Of a stretch of DNA of 64,000 bases, positions 17,543-26,817 are shown piece by piece (position 1 is the stretch's first letter; every line of letters starts with the position of its first letter). The notes under the pieces are model-generated. The model made no database searches and had not been told where the DNA came from. It saw nothing but the letters and a program-made list of their open reading frames with translations. Made by a program: the position numbers and the translations under genes. Source of the DNA: a virus; the IMG/VR virus record IMGVR_UViG_3300031576_000016, positions 1 through 64,000 of that record, one strand, 5' to 3'.

Positions 17543-18037
17543 ATGCTCGACAAATTGCTGACGTTGTGCCAGACGGAACTTGAAGGGCTGCTAACGCAGC
17601 CCGAGATTTGGTCCGGGCTGCTCATCAATCGACGGAAGCCCGAGACGGTGCGTCTGTGGACGCCCTACGAAGACGGGAGGCTTTGTCTCCATCGTTTTTC
17701 ACCATGCGATGACAGCGAAGCTCTCGCGCATCCGCACCCCTGGCCAGCCGCCTTCATGGTGCTCGCCGGGGCCTACAGGCTGCACCTGGGGATTGGTTCG
17801 GCGATGCCTCACCAACTGATTCTGGCTCGCGGCGGTGCTTATGAGATAATTACGCCTTCGGCGTGGCACTCGGTCGCGCCGCTGTGCGAAACCTGGACCG
17901 TGATGCTCAACGGGGCGGACTACGCCGCCCCGGATAAGGCAGTTCGCAGGACTGCCGGCAAGGGATTGGAAACTCTTACGGACGCGCGGAAGCGCATCGA
18001 ACTGGATGTGATTTGTGATATTATTGGCGGCGGATAG
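17543..18037 (+). CDS. Cupin-fold protein
   Basis: LHRF...HPHPW...WHSV cupin metal-binding pattern; GGAGG RBS. Confidence 0.65.
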   Translation: MLDKLLTLCQTELEGLLTQPEIWSGLLINRRKPETVRLWTPYEDGRLCLHRFSPCDDSEALAHPHPWPAAFMVLAGAYRLHLGIGSAMPHQLILARGGAYEIITPSAWHSVAPLCETWTVMLNGADYAAPDKAVRRTAGKGLETLTDARKRIELDVICDIIGGG

Positions 18038-18212
18038 GGCGGCTGTCGCGGCCGAGATGCACCGCATTCGTGGCCGGCTTCTTGAGGCCGGTTTTCTTCG
18101 CCTGTTTCAGACCGCTGGCGCGGTCCGGTTCGCGAACGTGGAGTTCGCCGACCAGGTGTGTGACGCTTTGCGGAGGATAAAAGATGTGGAAGTCAGTGGT
18201 AGAGCAGACTGA
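18015..18212 (+). CDS. Hypothetical protein
   Basis: Tiles the operon. Confidence 0.5.
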   Translation: MILLAADRAAVAAEMHRIRGRLLEAGFLRLFQTAGAVRFANVEFADQVCDALRRIKDVEVSGRAD

Positions 18213-18438
18213 TGCCCGCGAAGTGGAGCAGCGGTCCATCTTGCTTGAACTAAATCGGCTGCGTCAACGCATGATTACGTGCGGCATGGTGCTGACGTTT
18301 CATGCAACCGGGGAGGCTCTGTCGGTCGCCGGCTATGAAGTCGCCGCGCTGCTTCAGGGGACGTGGCCGGATGAAGCCTTAGACACCATCGAGAAAGAAG
18401 CGTCCTGGCGGACGCTCCATCGCATCAAAGGAGGATGA
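18184..18438 (+). CDS. Hypothetical protein
   Basis: GGAGG RBS. Confidence 0.65.
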   Translation: MWKSVVEQTDAREVEQRSILLELNRLRQRMITCGMVLTFHATGEALSVAGYEVAALLQGTWPDEALDTIEKEASWRTLHRIKGG

Positions 18439-18439
18439 T

Positions 18440-18676
18440 ATGGTCGTGCTCATGACTTCGCACAGCGGACACCACTTTTCTCTGCTCATCCAGAGCGATG
18501 CTCTGTCTGAGTTGCTGCAAAGTTGGCATGGGATGGTGGGCGAAACCCACCTTCCCTGCCTGTATGCTATAGGTCTCCAAAGGACAGACTTGTCCTTCCT
18601 GATGCGGGAGGTAGTTCGCTTTGTTGCATTTCACGCGCCAGCTTCTCAGCAGCGAGTTCGGCTAGTTTGTACCTGA
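18440..18676 (+). CDS. Hypothetical protein
   Basis: AGGAGG RBS; 3' end overlaps the convergent gene. Confidence 0.55.
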   Translation: MVVLMTSHSGHHFSLLIQSDALSELLQSWHGMVGETHLPCLYAIGLQRTDLSFLMREVVRFVAFHAPASQQRVRLVCT

Positions 18677-18941
18677 CACGTCTCACCCACCAGACGCTGA
18701 CCGGGTCGCCGGTCACCCGTCTGAGGGCTTCAACAATTTGCCAGTCCGCCAAACGCTCCGTGTTATCGCGAACAAATTCCACTTCGGCAGGCCGCTTTTC
18801 TAAGTCCACTTCTTTGGTACTACGCACCCGCTTCAGGCCGGCAATGACCCCGGGCGTGACGCCAAATCGCTCCGCGAGCTTATTTCTCGACAACCCTTCG
18901 GGGTTGCGGCGTATGTACTCTTTGTCTTGTGGTGTGAGCAT
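18567..18941 (-). CDS. Tandem-HTH DNA-binding protein
   Basis: EYIRRN...LSRxKLAERFGVT and a second unit EFVRDN...LxDxQI; GAGG RBS before MLTPQDK. Confidence 0.65.
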   Translation of the reverse strand: MLTPQDKEYIRRNPEGLSRNKLAERFGVTPGVIAGLKRVRSTKEVDLEKRPAEVEFVRDNTERLADWQIVEALRRVTGDPVSVWWVRRVRYKLAELAAEKLAREMQQSELPPASGRTSLSFGDL

Positions 18942-18967
18942 GGGTACGGTCCTCGTGGCGCAGCCAC

Positions 18968-18972
18968 GTGTA
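18968..18972 (+). promoter_or_regulatory. GTGTA putative late promoter core
   Basis: GTGTA-N9-GGGG upstream of the 19018 gene; recurrent motif. Confidence 0.45.
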
Positions 18973-19017
18973 GAATGGTCAGGGGCCGATGCCCCATGAA
19001 TCATACCGGAGAGGCAT

Positions 19018-19158
19018 ATGCCAGACACTATCGACAGCGAACTCAAGGTTCGTGAAACCGAAGCGGAGCGGGCCAAGGCAAAAGAAGAAACGCAGCAGCC
19101 GGACCCGGCCGATGCCGAAGCTATCCTGAAAAAGAACGAGGTCGCGCAGCGTGATTGA
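19018..19158 (+). CDS. 46-aa charged protein (not in ORF track)
   Basis: GAGG RBS; MPDTIDSELKVRETE...; overlaps the next start. Confidence 0.65.
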   Translation: MPDTIDSELKVRETEAERAKAKEETQQPDPADAEAILKKNEVAQRD

Positions 19159-19684
19159 GTTCGCGGTCGCTCTATTGGCGAGCTTGCTCGCCATGTCGTT
19201 TGTTGAGTACGGCATCCATCGCTGGCTCATGCACCGGCGAACGCTTTCTTGGCTGCGTCAGGTCTACGAGCGGCACACTTTCTTGTATCATCGGAAGTAT
19301 TGCCGGGTGTTCAATCACGAGCCGGACCCGGCCGGCCGCACCATCAACATCAATCTCGAAGTCTGGTTCGGCCTTCTCATTGCCTCGCCTCTACTGGTCA
19401 CGCTCTGGTGGTTCGATTACACCTGGCTGGCCGCGCTCTTCGCGGTCATCATCGCCATTCATCACCGGACCTGGTCGTTGATTCACGACGAGATGCACAA
19501 TCAAAAATGGCGCTGGTTCCGGACGATGTGGCCCTACACGACCCTGCAACGTTACCATTTCATGCACCATCGCTACCCAGGCAAAAACTTCAACGTCGTG
19601 TTGCCGTTCTGGGACTTTGTGTTCGGGACGCATATGTGGCCTTCGCCAAAGGATGAGGCTACCATGAAGGAGATAGGGCTATGA
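19151..19684 (+). CDS. Fatty acid hydroxylase / sterol desaturase family membrane protein
   Basis: EYxxHRWxMH, HxxxxH, HDxMH, YHxxHH, NFNVxxPxWDxxFGT; transmembrane segments. Confidence 0.85.
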   Translation: MIEFAVALLASLLAMSFVEYGIHRWLMHRRTLSWLRQVYERHTFLYHRKYCRVFNHEPDPAGRTININLEVWFGLLIASPLLVTLWWFDYTWLAALFAVIIAIHHRTWSLIHDEMHNQKWRWFRTMWPYTTLQRYHFMHHRYPGKNFNVVLPFWDFVFGTHMWPSPKDEATMKEIGL

Positions 19685-19956
19685 GTCATGACCTTTCAGG
19701 TCCATCGGCCGAGGCGTGCCCGGCCTGCAATGGACGCGGCTTCATCCTGGGAGGCTTAGAGCCTTCCGACCAGCGGGCTTTACTCGCGGCACTTTTGAAG
19801 AATGTGCGTTTTCGCATGGAGCCGCGCTGTCCCGGGCATATGTGCCAGACAGAACAATGGCTGCTCATCGAGATTGCCGGCGACCACCCACTCGTGTGGG
19901 ACAAGCTCGCCGAGTACAAGTTGTGCGAAGGAGACTTTCAGTATGACGGCGACTGA
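19681..19956 (+). CDS. Hypothetical protein with CxxCxGxG
   Basis: ATGA overlap. Confidence 0.65.
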   Translation: MSHDLSGPSAEACPACNGRGFILGGLEPSDQRALLAALLKNVRFRMEPRCPGHMCQTEQWLLIEIAGDHPLVWDKLAEYKLCEGDFQYDGD

Positions 19957-20401
19957 AAAGAAGGCCCGGCAACTGCTGATGGATTGGCGGAACAAGCAAG
20001 GCCACGACCGCTGCTGGTACTATCCGGAAATCTTCAGGTCGCTTTGCGACCTTTTTGAAGTGCCGACTTGTCCGGACCCGGGCCTGCCGCCGCGCGACGA
20101 GTTCCGGGAGGGCTGCTGCCGCTACGAAGACGAGCAGTATGGACCCTTGCCATCCTCTCTGCTTATCCGTGCCGAAGTGCGACACGCTTCCCACTTCTTA
20201 CGAAACAATGCCCTATGGGGCAAGTCGGTCGTCGCTCTGTATCTGGACGGCGCGACCGAGGCGTTTACGACTCATGAGTTTGAATGTAAGCTCGCCGAGT
20301 TCGGGACGCCGAATGCCAATGGAGACGTGTTTTTAGGACAACAGGCGGAAGAAGTCCAGAAGGAACAGAAACTTGAGCGAGAACAATTCTTACTTGTCTG
20401 A
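19943..20401 (+). CDS. Hypothetical protein (QGHDRCW motif)
   Basis: AAGGAG RBS before MTATEKK. Confidence 0.7.
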   Translation: MTATEKKARQLLMDWRNKQGHDRCWYYPEIFRSLCDLFEVPTCPDPGLPPRDEFREGCCRYEDEQYGPLPSSLLIRAEVRHASHFLRNNALWGKSVVALYLDGATEAFTTHEFECKLAEFGTPNANGDVFLGQQAEEVQKEQKLEREQFLLV

Positions 20402-20705
20402 GGGGCTCGCATCTGAGCACTTCGAGATTCTGAAAAACGCAACTTCGTTGCGTTTTGTGAATGGGCGCGTTGAAGTCACGTCTTCGACAGCGCCGAAAAT
20501 CAAAATTCGCGGCAAGACCGGCCGAGGCCGGGTCTCGATTCGTGGTCAGACTGTCCGAAACCTGGTTTCGGCCAAGGTGACCAAAGAAGGCACCAGGACC
20601 AAGGTGGTTTTGGAATTCGAGGGAGGTTGCCCGAGCGAGGGTATCATCGACAATGAGCGCGGAATTTATGTACCGCTATCTGACGAGGAAGCTGCACGAG
20701 CTTGA
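20373..20705 (+). CDS. Hypothetical protein
   Basis: TTG start with AAGGA RBS. Confidence 0.6.
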   Translation: MSENNSYLSEGLASEHFEILKNATSLRFVNGRVEVTSSTAPKIKIRGKTGRGRVSIRGQTVRNLVSAKVTKEGTRTKVVLEFEGGCPSEGIIDNERGIYVPLSDEEAARA

Positions 20706-20844
20706 TGCCTGCGGCCTCGATGATTCGGCCGAGGCTGAAGAGCTTCGCTCAGACAGCGATGCTTTGTGGCCTCGGCTCGATGACGCTGCCCGGCGTCGGC
20801 TCGGCGAGTATTCCGAGCGACTTTACCAGTCAAGAGGACAGTAA
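20668..20844 (+). CDS. Small hypothetical protein
   Basis: Helical acidic ORF that fills the gap. Confidence 0.55.
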   Translation: MYRYLTRKLHELDACGLDDSAEAEELRSDSDALWPRLDDAARRRLGEYSERLYQSRGQ

Positions 20845-20902
20845 ACGGAGGGTCTTGATTGTCTGATTCAGGAGACTGGCGTCAGCCAGCGAAAGCTATG
20901 AA

Positions 20903-21496
20903 ATGAATCTCCCGCCCGGCTATACCGAGCAGCGGGTCCTCGAAGCGATTGAAAAAGCAGTCACCATCCTGGCCCCCAGCTTCGTATTCGGCTACTACGA
21001 CCTCGACGACATCAAACAGGAAGCCCGGACCTTCGGGCTTCAGTGCCTGGACAAATACGATGTAAGTCGCCCACTCGAAAACTTCGTTTACACCCACATT
21101 CGCAACCGGCTCATCAACCTGCGCCGGGACAAGCTCAGGCGCAACGACGCCCCTTGCGAGAAGTGTCACAACGGCACCACTTGCAACGAAGGCCACTACT
21201 GCGAAAAGTATCAGGTTTGGCTCGACCGGAACTTGGCGAAGGCCAATATCATGAGGCCGCTCGACCTCAACTACATCTCCGACGAAGGCGAGCACAAGAC
21301 CAAGCTCGACTCGACGGTGTGTGAAGATGTCGAGATACAGGAACTCTGTCGTCTCGTCGATGAAAAGCTTCCTGTGGACTTACGCGCAGCGTTTTTGCAA
21401 ATGCGTGCCGGCGTGAGTCTGCCCAAGGCAAAACGACAGGAAGTCGAACTGGCAGTAAAGGAAATCCTCGGATGCCCGCCAAACCCGGACGAATAA
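20903..21496 (+). CDS. Sigma-70-family (ECF-like) phage sigma factor
   Basis: Region 2 pattern DDIKQEA...LDKYDxSRPLENFxYxHIRNRLxNLxRD; Cys/His insert; short C-terminus. Confidence 0.8.
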   Translation: MNLPPGYTEQRVLEAIEKAVTILAPSFVFGYYDLDDIKQEARTFGLQCLDKYDVSRPLENFVYTHIRNRLINLRRDKLRRNDAPCEKCHNGTTCNEGHYCEKYQVWLDRNLAKANIMRPLDLNYISDEGEHKTKLDSTVCEDVEIQELCRLVDEKLPVDLRAAFLQMRAGVSLPKAKRQEVELAVKEILGCPPNPDE

Positions 21497-22296
21497 GCAA
21501 GACCGACCAGAAGTGGATTCTCGAAAACGCCGGCACGTTGTCTGTTGATGACATGGCGACCAAGCTCGGCAAGCGTCCCGAACTTATCCACAAGTTCATC
21601 CGCGAAAACGGCGGCACCGTTCCGGCTCCCGAGGACCGCATCAGCATCCGCGAGGAGCTTCGCCAGTCCGAAGAGTGGAAGCGCTTGAAGTCGGAGTTCT
21701 CCGGCGAGGAACTGAAGCTGTTCGAGGAGAAGTACATCAGCCTGATGTCGCAATTCAAGGGCAACGTGTTGCCCTCGGAAGAGACCAGCGTCATGCAGGC
21801 CATCAAGTACATCATCCTCATGAGTCGTAACCTCATCGCCCGCTCAAACGCGCTGCGTGACGTGGGCCGGCTCGAAACCATGATGGACGACCTTCTCGCG
21901 CGGCACAACTACGACCCAAAGCAGTTCGACAACAACGCCAAGGCCCTGGCCCTGAATCTGGAGACCCAGCTTCAGGCTGCCCGCGCAAGCGAACAGGCTC
22001 ACACGAATGAGTACGTGAAGTTTCAAGAGCGATACGACAACATCATGAAGTCGTTGAAAGCTCAGCGCGACCAACGCATCAAAGACGTGGAGTCCTCGAA
22101 GACCAACATCCTCGCGCTGGTGAAAATGCTCCAGCAAAAGGACATCCAGGACCGCGAGGGTCGCTCGGCCGAGCTTATGCGGAAAGCCGCAGACAAAGAA
22201 TACAAGCGACTTGGCGCGCTGCACACCTATGAGGATGGCGGGCTCGACCGGCCCATCCTCTCCCCCGACACGCTCGACATAGGAGACGAAGAATGA
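21472..22296 (+). CDS. HTH plus coiled-coil protein, candidate terminase small subunit
   Basis: N-terminal HTH (SVDDMAxKLGK), helical body, position ahead of the packaging module. Confidence 0.45.
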   Translation: MPAKPGRISKTDQKWILENAGTLSVDDMATKLGKRPELIHKFIRENGGTVPAPEDRISIREELRQSEEWKRLKSEFSGEELKLFEEKYISLMSQFKGNVLPSEETSVMQAIKYIILMSRNLIARSNALRDVGRLETMMDDLLARHNYDPKQFDNNAKALALNLETQLQAARASEQAHTNEYVKFQERYDNIMKSLKAQRDQRIKDVESSKTNILALVKMLQQKDIQDREGRSAELMRKAADKEYKRLGALHTYEDGGLDRPILSPDTLDIGDEE

Positions 22297-22517
22297 ACTG
22301 GATTTTGCTCGTCAGCATTTTCATCGGCATCGGCCGATTCACTATCCCCGGCCACGAAATTTCCTACAATGGAAGCTACGAGGCGTTTGCCCATATCTGG
22401 GTGGGCGCGCTGCTCGTGCTGGCTTTCCAGAAGCGGAAGGCCGCTATCTTGGCCCTGGTGTTGCTGACGATTCTCGAAGTCATTGCCTTCGCGGTTTTCA
22501 AAGGATGGATGCCATGA
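22293..22517 (+). CDS. Small membrane protein (about 3 TM segments)
   Basis: Hydrophobic stretches; ATGA overlap. Confidence 0.65.
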   Translation: MNWILLVSIFIGIGRFTIPGHEISYNGSYEAFAHIWVGALLVLAFQKRKAAILALVLLTILEVIAFAVFKGWMP

Positions 22518-22738
22518 TTGTGCTGACCCGGGCCAACAACAAAGAGCTTCTCGAAAAGGTTCTCGCGTACCTCAAATCGAGGTATCCCGAAGAGAACACC
22601 CAGGACCTGAAGGTTTTGCAGGAAGGGAAGATTTGCTGGTGTCTGTTTTTCGACGGACCCAGGGAACGGCTGCTGCCCGTCATTAGTGTCGCGGCAGAGC
22701 TTGCAAAAGGAGCGATGGAATGGATAAGCGAGCCCTGA
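22514..22738 (+). CDS. Hypothetical protein
   Basis: ATGA overlap. Confidence 0.65.
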   Translation: MIVLTRANNKELLEKVLAYLKSRYPEENTQDLKVLQEGKICWCLFFDGPRERLLPVISVAAELAKGAMEWISEP

Positions 22739-23859
22739 TTTTCGGCGTCACCGGACAAGACGGGTCTTACCTCGCGGAGTTTCTCCTTTCTAAGGGATAT
22801 TCCGTATGCGGTGTGTGTCGCCGCGTGAGCGTGCCCAACACGCAGCGGATTCATCACCTTCTGAACGAGCCGAGGTTCCGGCTTGAGTTCGGGGATGTGA
22901 CGGACATGAGCAGTGTCAGCCGCATCTACAACGAGAACCTGGACGGCCACTACGACGAAGTCTACAATCTGGCCGCTCAGTCTCACGTCGGCCTCTCTTT
23001 TGACGAGCCGGCCCACACGACCCAGGTGACCTACCTCGGGTGCCTCAACATTCTGGAAACCATCCGTCAACGGCACTACAGCCGGTGGATGTCAGAGCCC
23101 TGCCCCAACACGAAGGTTCGGTTCTACCAGGCCAGCAGCAGCGAGATGTTCGGCCGGGGCCGGAGCATGGACTTCTCCAAGATGTTGACTGGCGGCAACG
23201 TGACGGAGTCTGTGATGTACCACGGCTCGCCGAATATCTGGAAGGAGCCGGACCCGAACCACAACCAGGATACCGGCTGGGTCCAGCACGAACTGACCCC
23301 CATGCTTCCCTGCTCACCCTATGCCGTCGCCAAGCTTGCGGCCCACAACCTCGTGCGCATCTACCGCGAGTCCTACGGGCTCTTTGCGTGCAGCGGCATC
23401 CTGTTCAATCACGAGTCCGAGCGACGGGGCGAGAACTTCGTCACCCGCAAAATCACCAAGTACGTGGCCAGCCTAAAGGCCGGCCACGTCAAGACCAAGC
23501 TGATGCTCGGAAACCTCACGGCCAAGCGCGATTGGGGCCATGCTGAGGACTATGTGCGCGGCATGTGGCTGATGCTCCAGCAAGACAAGGCCGATGACTA
23601 CGTGCTCGCGACTGGTGAGACGCACACAGTCGAAGACTTCCTGCGTGAAGCGTTCGCCGTCATTGGCATCGACGACCACAAGCCCTATGTGGCCCAGAGC
23701 GCGGACTACATGAGACCCAACGAAGTCCCCTTCCTGCTTGGGGATGCGACCAAGGCCAAGAACTGCCTGGGCTGGGTTCCGCAGGTGAATTTCGCGGACC
23801 TGGTCCGTCGAATGGTGTTATCTGATGTAGCTGAGACAAACAATGCCAAAGCGAGTTGA
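22720..23859 (+). CDS. gmd: GDP-mannose 4,6-dehydratase
   Basis: GVTGQDGSYL, YNLAAQSHV, YQASSSEMFG, SPYAVAK, GILFNHES, RGENFVTRKI, RDWGHA. Confidence 0.96.
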   Translation: MDKRALIFGVTGQDGSYLAEFLLSKGYSVCGVCRRVSVPNTQRIHHLLNEPRFRLEFGDVTDMSSVSRIYNENLDGHYDEVYNLAAQSHVGLSFDEPAHTTQVTYLGCLNILETIRQRHYSRWMSEPCPNTKVRFYQASSSEMFGRGRSMDFSKMLTGGNVTESVMYHGSPNIWKEPDPNHNQDTGWVQHELTPMLPCSPYAVAKLAAHNLVRIYRESYGLFACSGILFNHESERRGENFVTRKITKYVASLKAGHVKTKLMLGNLTAKRDWGHAEDYVRGMWLMLQQDKADDYVLATGETHTVEDFLREAFAVIGIDDHKPYVAQSADYMRPNEVPFLLGDATKAKNCLGWVPQVNFADLVRRMVLSDVAETNNAKAS

Positions 23860-24169
23860 AAGTCTGAGCGGTCCATATAAGGCGTGGCGCATGGAAGTCT
23901 TCAAGCGAGACGGCTTCAAGTGCCAGATGCCAAACTGCGGCAAAAAAGGCAAAATCGCCCCTCACCACATCAAGCGCTGGGCCGACGTTCCAGCGCTGCG
24001 GTACGCGGTCACCAATGGCATTACGTTGTGTCATGGGTGCCACGAAAAAGTCAAGGGGAATGAGGCTCAGTACGAGTCTCAGTTCATCAGTATCGTGGCA
24101 TCCAAGTCGGAAGGGGCCATAGATGTTTTGGTCATGAAGTATGCCCTCCGAAAAAAGCAAGAGTCCTAA
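23843..24169 (+). CDS. HNH endonuclease
   Basis: RDxxxCQ..C...HHI...NGITLCxxCH. Confidence 0.9.
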   Translation: MPKRVESLSGPYKAWRMEVFKRDGFKCQMPNCGKKGKIAPHHIKRWADVPALRYAVTNGITLCHGCHEKVKGNEAQYESQFISIVASKSEGAIDVLVMKYALRKKQES

Positions 24170-24641
24170 GTACCAGTACCGCGTCCTGCGTGATACACGA
24201 GAAAAAGACGAATACGGCTGGGTCTTCCCCGCGAACGACCGGTGCCTTGGCACGGTTGAGACGACGCTTCATACCGGGGACTACACACTCGAAGGCTACG
24301 AGAAGCTGTTCATCATCGAACGCAAAGGCGGCATCGCTGAGTTCGCCAAGAACCTGGTTCAAAAGCGATTCGAGATGGAGCTTTGCCGGCTCGATGAATG
24401 GCTTCATCCATATCTTATTCTTGAGTTTGACTTAGCTCACATTGTCAACTTCCCACTAGGGTCCGGCATCCCAGAGAGTAAGCTTCGCTACCTGAAGCTC
24501 ACTCCTCAGTTCTTGATGCAACGTGTCTGCGAACTACAACTCCGTCATAAGACCAGGCTGATTTTTGCCGGCAAGTACGGCAAGCACATCGCGTCGAGCC
24601 TGTTCAAGAGAATTTGTGAAAATGTCACGCTCCCCGCATGA
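24141..24641 (+). CDS. ERCC4 (XPF/Mus81-like) domain nuclease
   Basis: DTREK...GDY...IERK signature. Confidence 0.85.
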   Translation: MPSEKSKSPKYQYRVLRDTREKDEYGWVFPANDRCLGTVETTLHTGDYTLEGYEKLFIIERKGGIAEFAKNLVQKRFEMELCRLDEWLHPYLILEFDLAHIVNFPLGSGIPESKLRYLKLTPQFLMQRVCELQLRHKTRLIFAGKYGKHIASSLFKRICENVTLPA

Positions 24642-26709
24642 ACGAGCCATCGAAATCGCCAATGAAGAGTGGTTGAACCTTGGCGACACTACCAAGCTCG
24701 AAATCGTCAACCCGTTCGCTATGCGAACCGAAGAAGACATCGAGAAGCCAATCGACCATCTGCTGGCGCTGATGCGTCGGCCAGAATACTTCGGCTTCAC
24801 GTGCAAATGGCTGTTCAACAAGACTCTCGTGCCCTATCAGGGTGCCTGGCTTTATGAGCTTTGGAACCGGCCGTTTCCAATGCTGGTTGGTAGTCGTGGA
24901 GCGGGCAAGTCTTTCATGCTCGGGCTTTACTGCGTGCTACGCGCGTTGTTCACACAGGGCACCAAAATCGTCATCGTTGGCGCAGCCTTCAGGCAAGCCA
25001 AATATGTGTTCGAGTACGCCGAGAACATATGGCACAACGCTCCGATGTTGCAAGACATCTGCGGCGACAGCCGGCGAAATGGGCCCAAGCGCGACGTAGA
25101 CCGGTGCGTCTTCCGCATTGGCGAGAGCGAAATTGTGGCGTTGCCCATTGGCGACGGCTCGAAGATTCGTGGTCAACGTGCCAGCATCATCATCTCTGAC
25201 GAATTCTCGTCGGTGCCACTGCCTATTTACGAAACTGTCATCGAGCCGTTTGCCAGCGTGTCTATGGACCCGGTGGCGAAGCTTCAAGAGGCAGCACGCA
25301 TCCGGGCCTTCAAACGAATGGGTCTATGGAGCGATGAGCAGGAAGCGGAGACGGGCATCGGGTTCTTGTCGAACCAATCCATCATCTCCGGCTCCGCATA
25401 CTATGGCTTCAACCACTTTGCGGCTTACTGGCGGCGCTGGAAGGCCATCATCGAGTCGCGCGGCGAGCCCAAGAAGCTTCAGGAGATTTTCGGCGGCGAC
25501 GTGCCGCCCAAGTTCAACTGGCGTGACTATTGCGTCATCCGGATGCCCGTCGAGTTGTTGCCCGAAGGCTTCATGGATGAGAAGAATGTCGCCAAGGCCC
25601 GGGCCACGGTCCATCTCACACAGTACCAGATGGAATATGGTGCGTGTTTCGCCAATGACAGCAACGGCTTTTTCAAGGCTTCCCTCATCCAGAGTTGCGT
25701 GGTCGGCAACCCGGTCACGCCCATCGAGCACCGCAGCTGCGGCGAAGTCTGCTTCAACGCGGTCCTGAAGGGCCTTCCCACTCGTCGATACGTCATGGGC
25801 ATTGACCCGGCGTCCGAGCACGACAACTTCTCGATTGTTGTCCTGGAGCTATGGGGGGACCACAGGCGCATTGTCTACTGCTGGACCACCACGCGCAAGC
25901 GGCACAAAGCGAAGTTGAAGAAGGGGCTGACTCAGGAGCATGACTTCTACAGCTATGCGGCCAGGAAGATTCGCGAGCTTATGTACCTCTTCCCTTGCGA
26001 GCGACTCTGTGTTGACTCTCAGGGTGGTGGTGTTTCCATCATCGAAGCTTTGCAAGACCCTAAGCGTCTCGCAGCAGGCGAGCGACCCATCTATCCAGTC
26101 ATCGACTTTGATGACCCGAAGGACACCGACGCCCTCGTGGGCGACCACATACTTGAAGTTGTCAACTTCGCGAAATCGGAATGGGTGGTGCAGGCGAACC
26201 ACGGCATGAAGAAAGACTTCGAGGACAAGGTCCTCCTCTTCCCGCAGTTCGACACTGCAGTGCTCGGCCTTGCTATCGAAGAGGACAAGGAGCGCGGCCG
26301 CGTCATTGCCGATGACGAATGGACCGAGAAGCTCTACGACACGCTCGAAGATGCCATCATGGAGATTGAAGACCTCAAGGACGAGTTGGCGACCATCGTT
26401 CACACCCAGACCGGGACGACGATGCGCGACCGCTGGGACACGCCCGAGGTCAAGCTACCTGGCGGCAAGAAGGGCCGGCTTCGCAAAGACCGTTACTCGT
26501 CGCTCCTCATGGCGAACATGGCTGCCCGCATCCTCGCGCTGACGCCCATCCAGGCCGACGTGGAGGTCTATGGCGGCTTCGCCAGGGAGATTGTGGGTCG
26601 CAGCAAGGGGCGCGCGGCGCGCGCGACCAATCATCAGAACCCATCCTGGTACACGGAGAAGGTGCAAACTGGCCGAGCATTCGGCGCGGTTGTGCAGCGT
26701 CGGCGATAA
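24622..26709 (+). CDS. terL: Terminase large subunit
   Basis: Walker A GSRGAGKS, RGQR, Walker B IIISDEF, RNase-H MGIDPA, CVDSQGGG, KDRYSS. Confidence 0.92.
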   Translation: MSRSPHERAIEIANEEWLNLGDTTKLEIVNPFAMRTEEDIEKPIDHLLALMRRPEYFGFTCKWLFNKTLVPYQGAWLYELWNRPFPMLVGSRGAGKSFMLGLYCVLRALFTQGTKIVIVGAAFRQAKYVFEYAENIWHNAPMLQDICGDSRRNGPKRDVDRCVFRIGESEIVALPIGDGSKIRGQRASIIISDEFSSVPLPIYETVIEPFASVSMDPVAKLQEAARIRAFKRMGLWSDEQEAETGIGFLSNQSIISGSAYYGFNHFAAYWRRWKAIIESRGEPKKLQEIFGGDVPPKFNWRDYCVIRMPVELLPEGFMDEKNVAKARATVHLTQYQMEYGACFANDSNGFFKASLIQSCVVGNPVTPIEHRSCGEVCFNAVLKGLPTRRYVMGIDPASEHDNFSIVVLELWGDHRRIVYCWTTTRKRHKAKLKKGLTQEHDFYSYAARKIRELMYLFPCERLCVDSQGGGVSIIEALQDPKRLAAGERPIYPVIDFDDPKDTDALVGDHILEVVNFAKSEWVVQANHGMKKDFEDKVLLFPQFDTAVLGLAIEEDKERGRVIADDEWTEKLYDTLEDAIMEIEDLKDELATIVHTQTGTTMRDRWDTPEVKLPGGKKGRLRKDRYSSLLMANMAARILALTPIQADVEVYGGFAREIVGRSKGRAARATNHQNPSWYTEKVQTGRAFGAVVQRRR

Positions 26710-26713
26710 ACTG

Positions 26714-26718
26714 GTGTA
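26714..26718 (+). promoter_or_regulatory. GTGTA putative late promoter core
   Basis: Immediately after the terL stop, upstream of the portal gene. Confidence 0.45.
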
Positions 26719-26817
26719 TCTCCATTTGTAGCAATTGAATTGGTCAACTCGATATACTCTTGCAACTCCTGTCGTGTCTTCAACTTACATGATTAGGATT
26801 GCCAATGTGAATACACT

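Noticed and set aside
17543-19684. Cupin and hydroxylase as tailoring enzymes for the isonitrile synthase
   Set aside because: They are 13 kb away, on the opposite strand and in a different expression block; no evidence of linkage
22293-22517. Holin
   Set aside because: Size and TM content fit, but no endolysin or spanin is nearby; left as a membrane protein
24622-26709. Intein or intron in terL or the TMP
   Set aside because: No C/S...HN-C/S/T splice motifs or LAGLIDADG blocks recognised, and the motif spacing in terL is continuous
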